Of a DNA stretch of 64,000 bases, positions 38,665 to 52,624 are shown piece after piece. The stretch's first letter is position 1, and every line of letters begins with the position of its first letter. Under the pieces are notes generated by a model. The model was not told where the DNA came from, searched no databases, and saw nothing but the letters and a program-made list of their open reading frames with translations. This DNA comes from Octopus vulgaris (taxonomy: Eukaryota), in the NCBI GenBank assembly GCA_951406725.2, contig OX597819.1:38812001-38876000 (forward strand). The letters run 5' to 3'. The position numbers and the translations under genes were made by a program.

Positions 38665-39015
38665 TGTGCCGATGGCACATGACCTGCTGTGCTTGAGGAG
38701 ACCCATTGAGTCAAGTACATCAACATCAAAATAAATATCAAATGGAAATTGTAGTTGTGATACCTGTGCTGGTGGCACATAAAAAGCACCATCCGAATGT
38801 GGCCGATGCCAGCGCCGCCTTGACTGGCTTCTGTGCCAGTGGCATGTAAAAAGCACTCACTACACTCATGGAGTGGTTGGCGTTAGGAAGGGCATCCAGC
38901 TGTAGAAACACAGCCAGATCAGACTGGAGCCTGGTGCGGCCTCCTGGCTTCCCAGACCCCGGTCGAACCGTCCAACCTGTGCTAGCACGGAAAACGGACG
39001 TTAAACGATGATGAT
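38665..39015 (+). mobile_element. Family B retroposon
   Basis: Family body and (GAT)n tail. Confidence 0.8.
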
Positions 39016-39468
39016 GAGAAGGAGGAGGAGGAGGAAAGGAAATTATATTGGCCCTTATCATGTCATCAGTTTCTGCTCACTGAAAATATACTGTCCTACT
39101 AATATCAGCTTCAAATTTTGGCACTGGGCCGCCAGCAATTTCGAGGGAGAGGGTAAGCTGATAACATTGACCCCAGTGTTCAACAGGTATTTATTTTATT
39201 GACTCTGAAAGAATGAAAGGCAAAATCAATCCTGGCAGCATTTGAATACAGATCATAAAGTCAAGAGAAATGCAGTGTTAAGCATTTTTTCCAGTACACT
39301 TTAAAATACAAGTGTTGTAACTGATTTATTGAAGGTTCATGAACCAGCAGTTGGGGTGTTGCACTTACAATTGCAAGTGTGTGATTTTGATTCCCAGACT
39401 GGGAGGTGTGTTGCATTCTTGAGCAAAGTTTGCAGAACCCTCATCTGTTGTTTACAACAGGAGTATCG

Positions 39469-39660
39469 TCCACCACCACCACCACCACCACCACCACCAC
39501 TACCACCACCACCACCACCACCACCACCACCACCACCACCACCACTACCACCACCACCACCACCACCACCACCACCACCACCACCACCACCACCACCACA
39601 ACCCACCACCACAACCACCACCACCAACAACAACAACAACAACACCATCATCATCATCAT
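39469..39660. repeat. (CAC)n / (CAA)n / (CAT)n microsatellite
   Basis: Direct inspection. Confidence 0.95.
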
Positions 39661-40167
39661 TGTAAGAGGTTTCAATGATTTATTTCTAAGAAAATTTATG
39701 CCTTTGCTGAAAACCCAATGCCCTTCATTAAACTGTAATGACATTTGCAATGGCCTTGTGAGCTCAAAATGTCCTTATGAATTTTGATAACAATAAGAGT
39801 TTGATCACACACACACACATTTGGAAGAACAAACAATTAAAAGAGTACAATATACATGTATTAGAGTTCATTCATTTATTCAAAGCTGATGATTCACTTC
39901 ATTGCTGCTCATTAAAGCAGCAAAAGGAGATTAAAACTATTTGCTACTTGAAAGGTTTGCAAATAATGAGAGACTTTAAGGAGCAATGGAATTAAACCAT
40001 CAGCTAACAGTTTAGAGTGCAGGAATGAATAAATGAATGAATCAATCAATAAATGTATACACACAGTCACACAAATATACCTATATTTACGCCTATTTCT
40101 GTCCCTCTTTATCACACTATATCTCATCGTTTGGTATGAACCTTACCCCCACAGTACTACTTTCCAT

Positions 40168-40578
40168 CAGCTGGCAGAAATGTTAGCATGCCGGGCCGAA
40201 ATGCTTAGCGGTATTTCGTCAGCCATTACGTTGTGAGTTCAAATTCTGCCAAGGTTGACTTTGCCTTTCATCCTTTCGGGGTCGATAAATTAAGTACCAG
40301 TTACGTACTGGTGTCGATGTAATCGACTTAATCCTTGTGTCTGTCCTTGTTCGTTCCCTTTGTATTTAACCCCTTGTGGGTAGTAAAGAAATAGGTATTT
40401 CGTCTGCCGTTACATTGTGAGTTCAAATTCTGCCAAGGTCGACTTTGCCTTTCATCTTTTGGGGTCGATAAATTAAGTACCAGTTACGTATTGGAGTCGA
40501 TGTAATCGACTTAATACCTATGTCTGTCCTTGTTTCTCCCCTCTATGTTTAGCCCCTTGAGGGTTATAAAGAAATAAG
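40168..40578 (+). mobile_element. Family E SINE with a tandem duplication of its body (dimer)
   Basis: The unit gtatttcgtc...gtaaagaaatag occurs at about 40211-40394 and 40395-40578. Confidence 0.88.
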
Positions 40579-41193
40579 TACTAATTTCCATTCTGTTAAA
40601 GGGTCTTGTCTTGCAAGTTACTGGGTGACCTTACTGTTGCTAGTGCTATGTAAAAAACTCCCAACACAATGTAAAATGGTTGGCATTAGGAAGGGCATTC
40701 AGTGATAGAAATTATGTCAAAGGAAACAACAAAGCTAGGGGCAGTCCTCTGGCTGCCAGCTGCTTCAAACCATCCAACTTATGCCACAATAAAAAGTGAA
40801 TGTTAAATGATGATGATGATGATAAGAAATATATATAAATATATACATATAAATAGAAATACATTTTCAAGCTTTTGTATGTTCTAAAACATGATTTTGC
40901 AGCCTTAGAAAGTGAAAACCAACACATTTTAGAGTGAAATAACACTTCTTTGCATTCAATGTCAATAAAAGAAGTGAAATATTTCAAATTTTCTGTTTTC
41001 ATATTTCAGTTACTGAAAAAAATGAGTAAATTTCCATTGTTACTAATTCAGTATAAGGGTAAAATCTACAAGAAGCATGTTGAAGTGCATCATGATAAGA
41101 ATGAGCAAAGCAGCCAGTTCTCACTTCTCACACCTACCCAACAATGTCATTCTAATAATATGCAATGACATCATTGAAATTTCAAAGCTATAA

Positions 41194-41534
41194 TTCGGGA
41201 CCCCCTTCGGTCATGACACAGACCATGGGATTGCACCTAGAAAGTTACCCTCCGAGGCACAAGTTCGAGCAAGGTTGTTTATGGGAGACCAGCAGTCGCC
41301 TTGCATACCGGCCTCCCCTCTCCATGCCACCAGTGTTATCCAAAGGAAAGGCAAAGGCCGATACAGCTTGGCACCTGTGACGTGGCAACTCATTTCTACA
41401 GCTGAGTTAACTGGAGCAATGTGAAATAAAGTGTCTTGCTCAAGAACACAACACGCAACCCGCTCTGGGATTCGAGCTCACAACCTCACGATCGTAAGCT
41501 CAATGTTCTAACCACTGAGCCATGCGCCTTCACT
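41194..41534 (-). mobile_element. Family D tRNA-derived SINE inserted in a piggyBac-like MITE (41120-41617)
   Basis: TSD agctataa at 41186-93 and 41535-42. Head gcatggctcagtggttaga...ttacgat...gagctcgaatccc; homologous to 53249-53586. Confidence 0.88.
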
Positions 41535-42214
41535 AGCTATAAGTAATGTATGATAAATCAAAAATGATGTGAATAAATAAGCATTACATTTGACTGAGTA
41601 ATCTGAATGCTAAAAGGTTAAAAGTGGTGAGAATACATAGAGAAAGAGATATAAAATACTAAAGACTTGGGGTAGAAAAACTGATTGAGTTATGTTAGTT
41701 TTCACAGTACAGTTGCCATAACTATCACTCAACATGTTTTACCATTCTTGTACAAATCAGACAAATTCAATTTGACAATGTATTTTTTTCACTAAACCAA
41801 CTTGCAGTTCCCCAACTACATACCTCAAAGTTGTTTGAATTCCTTGAAGGACAGTCAAATGTTGTCTTAAAATAACTTGCAGAGAGGTTAGTAAAGAATT
41901 GAAGTTTATTTTCAAGCAGTACTTTGGTCTTTTATTGTTTTCTTTATAGTATGATTTTTGTTTTAATTTTTATTGTGTTTGTGAGAGTGTTTTTCTCTAT
42001 GTATGTACATAAGTGTGTAGTTTCATGATTTTTAATTAAAGTATTGATTAAATCCAGCATTTGCCTGTGATGGAGAATTGCATATAAACCACTGGAAATT
42101 TGTATAATTTGAATTGCATCATTCTATCTAATGCATTCAACAAATTTGTTAACATACAAATATAAATACAAATACACATACATACATATAAATAAATATA
42201 GGGATATACATACA

Positions 42215-42522
<308 letters not shown>

Positions 42523-43193
42523 CATGCGTGTGAGTGCATAAACACACAAACACACACAAGTAGGTATGAATGTATAAAGATTTAGTATGCAGCAAAGCCG
42601 GAGAGGCTCTTAAAAGTAATTAATTATTTAATTCATTAACTTCAATTTACAATGATCAAAACTCCAACCTCACATCTACCATCAGCATTACTTACCGCTA
42701 ACATGACGAGACAGAGTGTGGATTTTAGTGCATTTCTCTCCATATACTATCCAGAGTGTTTATTGATTTCTTCATCTTCTGCTTCCTCTTCTTCTTCCTC
42801 TTCCTCCTAGTTTTCTATTTCTTCTTCAGTTTCCTCTTCTTCTTCATGATATTGATGATGACCATCATCATCATTCTCATTGTATTCTTCTCCACCAGCT
42901 ACTTCTTCATCATCATAAGCTTCTTCTTCTTCATCATCATCATCATCATCATCAGCTTCTTCTTCATCATCATCATTATCATTTCCTTCATCAGCACACT
43001 CTCCTACACCAGTTTGGGGTTTTGTCCACCTGTGCGGCACCTTGAGGTAAATGTCTTCTACTGTAGGCCTAAGATGACCAATGCCTTGGTAGATGGAAAC
43101 TGGGAGGAAGCCCATCATATATATATATATATATATATATGGATATATTTACATATGAACATACACCCACCTACACACACACATATGTATGTG

Positions 43194-43229
<36 letters not shown>

Positions 43230-43259
43230 CATACATATCATATATATATATATATATGT

Positions 43260-43585
43260 CTGGCCCCGTGTCGGTGGCACCTAAAAGCACCATCCGTTCG
43301 TGTCCGTTGCCAGCATTGCCTGGCCCCGTGCCGGTGACACGTAAAAGCACCATCCGTTCGTGGCCGTTCGCCAGCTCTGTCTGGCACCTGTGCAGGTGGC
43401 ACGTAAAAAACACCCACTACACTCGCGGAGTGGTTGGCGTTAGGAAGGGCATCCAGCCGTAGAAACACTGCCAGATCTGACTGGGCCTGACGAAGCCTTC
43501 CAGCTTCACAGACCCCAGTTGACCCGTCCAACCCATGCTAGCATGGAAAGCGGACGCTAAACGATGATGATGATGATGATGATGA
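43260..43585 (+). mobile_element. Family B retroposon with three ~60-bp units; a second copy at 43728-43960
   Basis: Tandem units tggccccgtg.cggtg.cac.taaaagcaccatccgttcgtg, followed by the family tail. Confidence 0.88.
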
Positions 43586-43662
43586 TATACATACATATAC
43601 ATACATATATATATACATACATATATACATATACATACATATATACACATACATATGTACAT

Positions 43663-43721
<59 letters not shown>

Positions 43722-43994
43722 AAATTTGTAAAAAGCACCATCCAAACGTGGCCAATGCCAATACCCCATGACTGGCCCCCATGTCGGCGGCATGTAAAAG
43801 CACCCACTACACTCTCAGAGAGGTTGGCATCAGGAAGGGCATGCAGCTGTAGAAACATTGCCCGATCAGATTGGAGCCTGGTGCAGCCGCTGGCTCTCTA
43901 GACCTCAGTCAAACCATTCAACCCATGCCAACATGGAAAACGGATGTTAAATGATTATGATGATGATAATGGTGATGATGATGATGATGGTATA

Positions 43995-44040
<46 letters not shown>

Positions 44041-46334
44041 TATACCTGTATCGGTGTCTTTGTGATTGTCTTTGTTACCTACAGTCATTTGTCAGCTGGT
44101 GTTGGTTTGTTTACGTCCCTGTAACTCCTGTAACTTAACAGTTTGGCAAAAGAAACTGATAGAATTAGTACCAGACTTAAAAACTGGGTTTGATTTGTTC
44201 AACTCGAAATCACCTCCAGACTGACCCTCCACGATCACAGTCCAATGATTAAAACAAGAAAAGAACGTAAAAGCTGACTACACAAAATGTATGTCAATTA
44301 AAATATTCTGATATAATTTCATGAAAGAACACTTTGTTAGGCTATATCACAAGCACCAGCTTAATAATGAATACAGTAATTATTTCACTGAAATCCTTCA
44401 TTACTTTTAGAGTTTTGATTACTTTATAAAATTAATTGAAACACAGGAGCAGTGTATTTCATTAGGAAATATGGTCGTGCAAAAAATCTGATAAGTTCTG
44501 CAATAAGAACCATTTCTTGCTAGTATAGATTACCAAAAGGAAATATTTGCTTTTTAAAAGAAATCATTGATGTTGTCATCGTTATTGCTGTCATCATCAT
44601 CATCGTCATCATCATCATCATTACCATCATCACCTTCTACCACCACCACCACTACCACTGCCATTGTCGTCATCATTATCGTCATCATCATTATCATCAC
44701 CATCATCATCACCACCACCTTCATCACTACCATCGCCATCGCCAATTATGTTATCCTCCTCCTCTTCCTCCTCCTCCTCCTCACCACCACCATCGTTGTT
44801 ATTACTGTGGTTTCTTTCACTGCCAGATATAGCATTATAGAGACTTACAGAATTTCTGAAGAGTGTGGGAGGATGGGGAAGACAATAACAAAAGAACAAC
44901 AATAATAAAAAAAAACAGAAGCTGATGAAAGGCTTCAGTAAATAGTTTACATAAGGATATTAACCAACTTACAATTGAGTATATTAACTGTATTAAACAC
45001 ACACAAGTATACATATACACACATGATTACACGCACACACATACAAACATGCACATACACACACACAGAAACACACATACACACGTGCACACATACACAC
45101 AAGCACATACATGTGCACAAACACACAAACACATACATCGTTACATAGTATTTGGTATTGAAAGATATGAATTTTTGAAACACGGACAAAATCAAGAATA
45201 TATACACACATGCATATACATATACAGCAAGACACACACATATATACACAGATATATATATACATATATATGCGTTTGTATGTATGTGTGCATGTATGTA
45301 TGTATGTATGCATGTATGTGTGTGTGTGTGTGTATATGTATGTATGTATGTGTATGTATGTATGTATGTGTGTGTGTGTGTATGCATGTATGTATGTATG
45401 AATGTATGTGTGTGTGTGTATGTATGAATGTATGTGTGTGTGTGTATGTATGTATGTATGTATGTATATTACTACTTCACTTGTTGAAGATCAATATTAT
45501 TCTATTTTGGAATCAGAAAATTGGACTTTTGATAGACTAATGGTTCTGCTTAGATCTCTTCTGGCAGAGCAAGCTGTAGTCATTCCAACACTCAGTGCTT
45601 TGATCAAACCTTGAAATTATTTCAAGACTGATGACGATAACAACAATAACTAAAATGATAGCAATGATGATGATGAGGATGATGATGGTGGTGGTGGTGG
45701 TGGTGGTGGTGGTGGTGATGATGATGATAATGATGATAGAAATGATGACAATTATGGTGAATTTGTTTATCAAATTCAAAAGAATCAACAGAAGTGTTAT
45801 TTATACATCGTTTGCTATTTCCTTCACTCAAAATATAGGAAGAAGCTTGGAATTTTATTTGATATTAGGCAGGACGTAACCATGATCATCAGGCTTAAAG
45901 TCTGGTTTTTCATCCTCATCATCATCACCATCAGCACCACCATCATTGGCAGCAGTGGCAGTATTGTTGTTGTCGTTGCTACCATCACCATCAATCATGA
46001 CCATAGTCTCCATTTCATATCCACTTTCCCATGCTGCTGTAGGTTAGGTGGGTCATAACTGTACAAGTCAAATTCCTATTTGAAATTACTACCTTCTTAA
46101 CTGTAAATGGCAGAAAAGAAAAAAAAAATATATAAAACATGCCACATGAATTTATGCAACTCTGAAGCAGATGGTTTCATTTCTACTACTGAAAACATGT
46201 GGTTGACACTTTACCAGGTGTTCTTGGCTCCAGATATTTATCGTTAATTCACTGATATCTTTCTACCTGATGTATAACTGACCATCGAATCCAAGTTCCA
46301 CCAGCTTGAAATGCTGTTTGATTGGCATGGATAC

Positions 46335-46942
46335 TTTTTGGTAACAGCAGGAGGACAGCGGTTAGACGCGGGAGAGTCACCAAAACACTACCCAAGACCA
46401 CCATTACACCCTAAAAAGTTGATGGTCACTGTATGGTGGTCAATAAAGGGGGCTATTCATTGTTCATTTTTGCAACAAGGAAAAACTGTAATAGCAACAT
46501 CCTATTGTCAGGAATTGATTGTATGCATGAAAAATTAATAAAGAAGCTATCCAGATTAGTGAATAAGGCCCAACTTTGCTTCGTGATAATGCATGGCCTC
46601 ACACTTCTCAAGCTATGGTCCATAAGTTGCAAAGCCTGAATTATGAAATTCTGGCACATCCTCCTTATTCTCCTTCTGGTTATCACATATTTAAACACTT
46701 CAAGCTTGCTATATGCAATAAAACATTCTTAAAGAAGAGGTGACTAAAGCATTCAAACTGTTTATTAGTGTAAAAGATGACAAATTCTTTGAAGATGGAA
46801 TATATACCTTAGAGGAAAGTTGGATGAAGGTCATAAATGAACAAGGATAATATTTTGATTAAATAAATAAATATTCTAAAAATTAAAAAACAATTTTAAT
46901 GTTTCCCTTTTCAAATGTGACATCTCATGTGAGACAACCTAA
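46335..46942 (+). mobile_element. Mariner (DD34D-type) transposase fragment with right TIR
   Basis: RLDAGESPKHYPRPPLHPKKLMVTVWWSIKG...LLRDNAWPH...NYEILAHPPYSP; terminal gacatctcatgtgagacaacctaa. Confidence 0.85.
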
Positions 46943-47064
46943 GATATATATATATACATATATATAGTTAATCCAAACATGAACAAAGAGAGGACACAAC
47001 AACGCGAGGACATGGAACAAGTATAGTGCTATTGGACACTCAAGAAAGGAAAGAATGAAGGAGG

Positions 47065-47099
47065 ATTTAACGTTTTGAGCAGAGCTCTTCGTCAGAAAT
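47065..47099 (-). ncRNA. Minimal type I hammerhead motif with G12 mutated, in a PLE-like tail (about 46968-47165)
   Basis: Minus strand: attt-CTGACGA-a-gagc tct gctc-aAAAC-GTT^aaat; palindromic AACGTT stem III. The G12->A change is consistent with CpG decay. Confidence 0.7.
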
Positions 47100-47425
47100 A
47101 TAGTAAAAAGGAAAAGTCCAAGGAAGGAAAGACAGAGAAAGAAAATCGCCAACGATACACATATGGTAAATATTACATTATTTTTTTTATTTGTTTCAGT
47201 CATTTGACAGCGGCCTTGCTGGAGCACTACCTAGAAAAGATTAAGTTGGACTGCCATCACCAGGATTTGAAGCTGAGTCATCATGGCCACAATATGGGGC
47301 CCTAACCACTAGACGATATATACAGTATATTGGAGAGCACTATATTTCAAGAAATTAGTAACTGAAGTTACTTTTGTTGTCAATAAAATGGTTCTCTCTC
47401 ACTTTCTCTCTCTCTCTCTCTCTCT

Positions 47426-47481
<56 letters not shown>

Positions 47482-47779
47482 TACATACATGAATTGAGAG
47501 TTAAACATATTTCTAAAGTGTGTGATAGTGCATGGTGATAAGAAGAAAAAAATGAGTAAAGAGGATTTGTTGATGATTCCGTGGGTGAATGACAAGAAGT
47601 TATGTAAAATGTTGGCCAACACAGAGGTGGGATATCGATAAGTATTGCAGGTGTTACAAACAGCAAGATAGCTATTTATAAAATATTTTTGATAAAGGGA
47701 ATGATAAAAGAACAATGAGAATGGATAACACTTAATGGATGAAAATGTGATGCAAACACACATACATGAATGTATACAC

Positions 47780-47811
<32 letters not shown>

Positions 47812-47917
47812 GATAGGCGTCTTTCAGTTTCCGTCCACCAAATTCACTCACAAGATTTTCATGGCCCAAGGCTATAGTAAACACACTTGCCTAAATAGCC
47901 TCACATACTCTTTCTCT

Positions 47918-47989
<72 letters not shown>

Positions 47990-49474
47990 GTATATACTTT
48001 TGTATATGTAAATATATGTGTCTATGTGTCACTATATATATATTTGTGTGTGTATGCTTATAAATATAAATATTTATATATACATACATATGAAGATACA
48101 TATATTTATGTATATATACATTCACACTTACCCACGCATAAACATACTCACACAACCATATATAAATATAAGTCCAAATATATACAGACCTGCTTGATCA
48201 TGAAAATGACACAAAATATTAAGCCTTTAAAATAATCATTTATTATCTTTCCATTCTTGATATATCTGTGATCTTAAAGCCCTCAACTTGTAATTTTTCT
48301 TTGAATTCTAAGTCTTCTTACAAACTGATCCTTTTAATTTTTTTTTCTGTTTTTTTCTATTTTTTTTTTATTGATTTGTTCTGAAAGAGGAAGTGGGTGG
48401 GTTTATGACCTACACAAAATTGATGGCTGCAAGAAAGACTCGTAAAGGAAGAAACTCCAGAGAGCTGACATTCTGGAGAGAAATGATTAATATGATGCCA
48501 ATAAGACAACATAGATAAAAAAAAAGAACAAGGGAGTAATCCTCAGAGTAAAGACTTGGTTTGGATCTTTGCATTAGATTAATAAATAAACATCATACAA
48601 TGGGTTAAGTCTACCAGCTACAAACAGGAGGAATGGCTCTGCAATACAGTCTTTCACATAGTTTGCGTCAACCAAATTTCACCTCCAAAATGTGGTTGTC
48701 CAAATGTTATGGAAGAGGACAGGAAGTGGCAAGCAATGTAATTGAACCTCAAACAACCACTGGTTACTGGACCAAATGCATTAAAAAAGAGAGGTGACTT
48801 AATAGATTCTAAATCCTTTTGGATCGATTTTTTTACTTTTCTTCTAGAGTCATTAAAAGAAATATAAGACATCTATTAGGATTCAAACTACATTCTATAT
48901 TCCATACGCCATGACAAAAAAGGTACTTTTGGAATTTGAAGAAACTGGTAATGACCTGTCTGTAATAATTAATAAGTTCATAGCAAAATTTTATATGCCC
49001 AATTTCTGCAAGAAGTGAAAAAAGCTAATTCTTTTTGTCTCAGTAAGTGGAAAATGGACAGAGATTTTTCTGAATAAGTGTAGATAGTGTCAAGAAACAT
49101 TATTCTGTCATTTTTGCAAGTAGAAATCTACAAAAAATATTAACTGAATAAAGCAGTAGGGTAATATTAGCTTCAACTTATTGCAATTGTTTTTGTATTG
49201 AATATAGTTTCCATTTTTCAGCTCTTTTTACACTTGTAAACACATATAAAAAATAAAATAAAATAAAATTTTGGGTGATACTCTTTATCTGTTTCTTTTT
49301 GCATATTTATTTTCAGTTTATACTTCTTTTGGTTGTTATTTTTTGTTTTATATTTCTACACTTTTTCAGTCAAGCACTTTCATTTGTTTGATTTCATGTA
49401 TTATATTGCCTCATCTTTGCTTTATAATCGTACTTATGTTATCTCTGTGATATTTATCTATTGCTCTGTAAGTG

Positions 49475-49527
<53 letters not shown>

Positions 49528-49791
49528 AATGTTGCACAGTGTAAAGTTATTGTGAAATCAAATTTAACTGAATGTTGATAAAAAAACCTAAAAATATTAA
49601 GAAGTGTAATTCTTCATATCTATTTTCAATGGAATAAAACTTTCCATAGACTGAATAAGATCTCCATCCATTAGTATAGAATTGATAAAAAGAAACTAAC
49701 AACAAAACCTCTTTGAATACGCAATATCTCAGAAGAAGAGCACAAACCCAATACGTTAGATTTTCTTGCTTCTTACAGCATATGAACTTAC

Positions 49792-49824
49792 TGAACTTTT
49801 CTGTGAATATAAAACAGCCTTGCA
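49792..49824 (-). CDS. Candidate 33-nt micro-exon (alternative inner acceptor gives 9 nt, 49792-49800)
   Basis: Minus strand: tatttt ggtttcag|TGCAAGGCTGTTTTATATTCACAGAAAAGTTCA|gtaagt. Length is a multiple of 3, all frames are open, and it lies in non-repetitive sequence. Confidence 0.3.
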
Positions 49825-50255
49825 CTGAAACCAAAATAAATCAATATATTCACTGACTTAAGGAACTCTAGCAGAGGGGGGGGGGATTCTTCTGGTTAAA
49901 AGAACAGTATTTTCAAATTTCATATGTAGTAACTTCTAAAGAAAGAAATGCAATAAACCGTAAAGCATTCATGCAAAAATATTGCATTAAATACACTGTA
50001 GTTGCACTGAATAACATCTTAAATGAATATAATAGATAAATAACATTTTGAATTAACAAAATACATAAATAATTTAATCTAAAATCAGAGTTTAATGAAA
50101 TAAATTTGAAATAGAATATGGAAATATAATAATGAAACTACATGATGTTGATATTCAGCCCTAGGTCAGCTTTCAGCAAGCAACCTTATGAGGAAAAATG
50201 TTGAAGTTGTGACCATGATATTTTGCTTTAATTTCTTTTCTTTTTAAGCAGGTTA

Positions 50256-50328
50256 GGGCTTGTGGCGCAATGGATAACGCGTCTGACTATGGATCAGAAG
50301 ATTCCAGGTTCGTATCCTGGTGAGCTCG
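50256..50328 (+). tRNA. tRNA-Arg(ACG)-derived gene with the anticodon changed to ATG; probable pseudogene
   Basis: 73 nt GGGCTTGTGGCGCAATGGATAACGCGTCTGACT-ATG-GATCAGAAGATTCCAGGTTCGTATCCTGGTGAGCTCG matches the eukaryotic tRNA-Arg(ACG) body. T5 terminator at 50335-39. A58->T in the B box and extra G-U pairs in the acceptor stem. Confidence 0.9.
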
Positions 50329-51123
50329 CACTAATTTTTATTTCTATGTTCTTTAATTTTTAAAGTTTTGAAATTCTGACGCTGAATGGATTATCTTCAG
50401 CGGTGGTGCCCCAGCATGGCCGCGGCCTTCGGATAAAACAATTTTAAGGATTTAAGGTTATATAGTGGACTACATTATTTAACATAGTCTGGGATATACC
50501 CTACTTAAAATTACTAAAATTGTACATTATTTATTATATCGTTCCCTTTCTAATAGTGTAGGATGCAATTTCAAGGTGATTTGGCTGCTATTCCTAGAAA
50601 GTCAATTGTTGTTATAGCTGTTGTTTGTATGAGTGTTGGTGTTGATAGTAGTGGAGGTGGCGGCCATGAAGGTGGTTGTAGTAACAGTAGTAACACTGAT
50701 AGTTGGTGTTCTTGATTAGCCCCAGGTCAGCCATGATCAAGCAAACTTAAGATCAAAGCTGTTCCAACCATGACAATCTTGTTTTTTTTAAATTCTTTAT
50801 TGGAATAGTGTATTTAAGACTATACTATTTAATATGTTCTTCTTTTTCTTCTATTTCCAGCAGGTCTTCTAGAGGTTCACTTGTTCGTAGTGACTGTATA
50901 TAAGTATTATATATGACATGGTTCAGGGAATGGTGTTGCCAGTAGTGGCAGTAGTCATGTTGGTTGACTGTAATGATGGAAGTGATGCCGAAGGAAATAA
51001 TGATATTTTTTTAATTTTAACATGGGGTTGTATAGTTCACAATTTCACCCCAAAGGATAAGAGATCTCAAACTAACTCAAAGTGAGATATGATCAGTAAA
51101 CGTAAAGAGGCATAAAATACATA

Positions 51124-51653
51124 AATCAAAATCAAAATCAAAATCATTTTGATGACTGGCATCCATGCTAGCGGAGTGCAAAGAGCACCATACGAGTGTG
51201 ATTGTTGACAGAGCGGCTATTCGAGTATGATCATTACCAGCGTCGCCTTACTGGCACTTATGCCTGTGCTAGTAGGGCGCCAAGAACACCATCTGAGTGT
51301 GATCGTTGCCAGAGAGCCAACTGGCTTCCGTACCTGTGACACATAAAAGGGCACCATTTGAGCGTGATCGTTACCAACGTCACTTCACTAGCACCTGTGC
51401 CGGTGGCACGTGTAAAAAGATTCGAGTGAGGTCATTGCCAATACTGCCTGACTGGCTCCCATGCAGGTGGCATGTAAAAAGCACCCACAACACTCTCAGA
51501 GTGGTTGGCGTTAGGAAGGGCATCCAGCTGTAGAAATTCTGCCAGATCAAGACCAGAGCCTGGTGCAGCCATCTGGTTGCCAGCCCTCAGTCAAAACTGT
51601 CCAACCCATGCTAGCATGGAAAACGGACGTTAAATGATGATGATGATGATGAT
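51124..51653 (+). mobile_element. Family B retroposon, long form
   Basis: Collinear with 28367-28903 from the (aaaatc)n start to the (GAT)n tail. Confidence 0.85.
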
Positions 51654-51913
51654 CAAAATGATGTATTCAATGAACTCTACGGATACATATAAAATGATGA
51701 ATTTAGATCATAGGCAGGTTGACCATGAATACAGATTCTCTATGATGCAGATGCAAAGGGTTATCAGTTACAGTATCAGTAAAATAATGTTTTTTCCAGT
51801 GCTTGGCAGGCACAGTAGATGTAGTTGATAGCTTTTATTGCTTAGATGACCTAATTAGCTATACTAGTGAGGTGACATCAAGAAGTACTCTCCATCACCG
51901 TGGTAGAGGATGG

Positions 51914-52338
51914 GGATCTTTTTGGTTTGAACGGCAGTTTTTTCTAGCGGTGTCATATGAAATTGTTACCCATAATTATGACCCTAGTATTGATCTATTG
52001 CATTTCAATGTTTTAGGGTTAGGGTTAGTTAGGGTTAGGGGTGGGGGGAAGGGTATCTTTTTTTCTTCACAAATGTAAATAAACCCAATCTGTTTCTTAA
52101 ACGAGGGACATATTCATACGGCACAGAATGTTTTCACCTCAATAGACGGTCATTGATTGGTTGAAATTGCCGAAATGCAAGAAATTAAAGACCAAATATC
52201 TTGCAAACTATAGAATTTAATCAATAAAGCCAAGAGAAAAAGATGTTTTATAAACACATTCTACCAGTATACGAAGTTTAAAATGTTTTAGTTACCTAGA
52301 AATTATATTAAAAACTGCCATTCAAACCGAAAAGATCC
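51914..52338. mobile_element. 425-bp MITE with ~29-bp TIRs, an 8-bp TSD and internal TTAGGG repeats
   Basis: ggatctttttggtttgaacggcagttttt / aaaaactgccattcaaaccgaaaagatcc; TSD gaggatgg (51906-13) / gaggatga (52339-46). Confidence 0.88.
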
Positions 52339-52624
52339 GAGGATGAGTACTATAGTGCAAACACTTCCATGAGGGTGGAAGACTGTATACCACATCTTTG
52401 TACATGGCATATCTCTCTCTATATGTCTCTATATATGGCTTACATTGTATCTCCCAGTATGTCTTTTATACTTGGCTTGTACTGCTCTCAAAAGCCATTG
52501 GCGTACACCAGCAGTTCTAAACCATTTTCTTTTTTTACAAGTGAACGCCTTTGATTCCTGTTTTATTCAGTTGGACCCTCATAGCCATTTGATGTTTTAA
52601 AAGAAATCCTATTATATTTTTATA

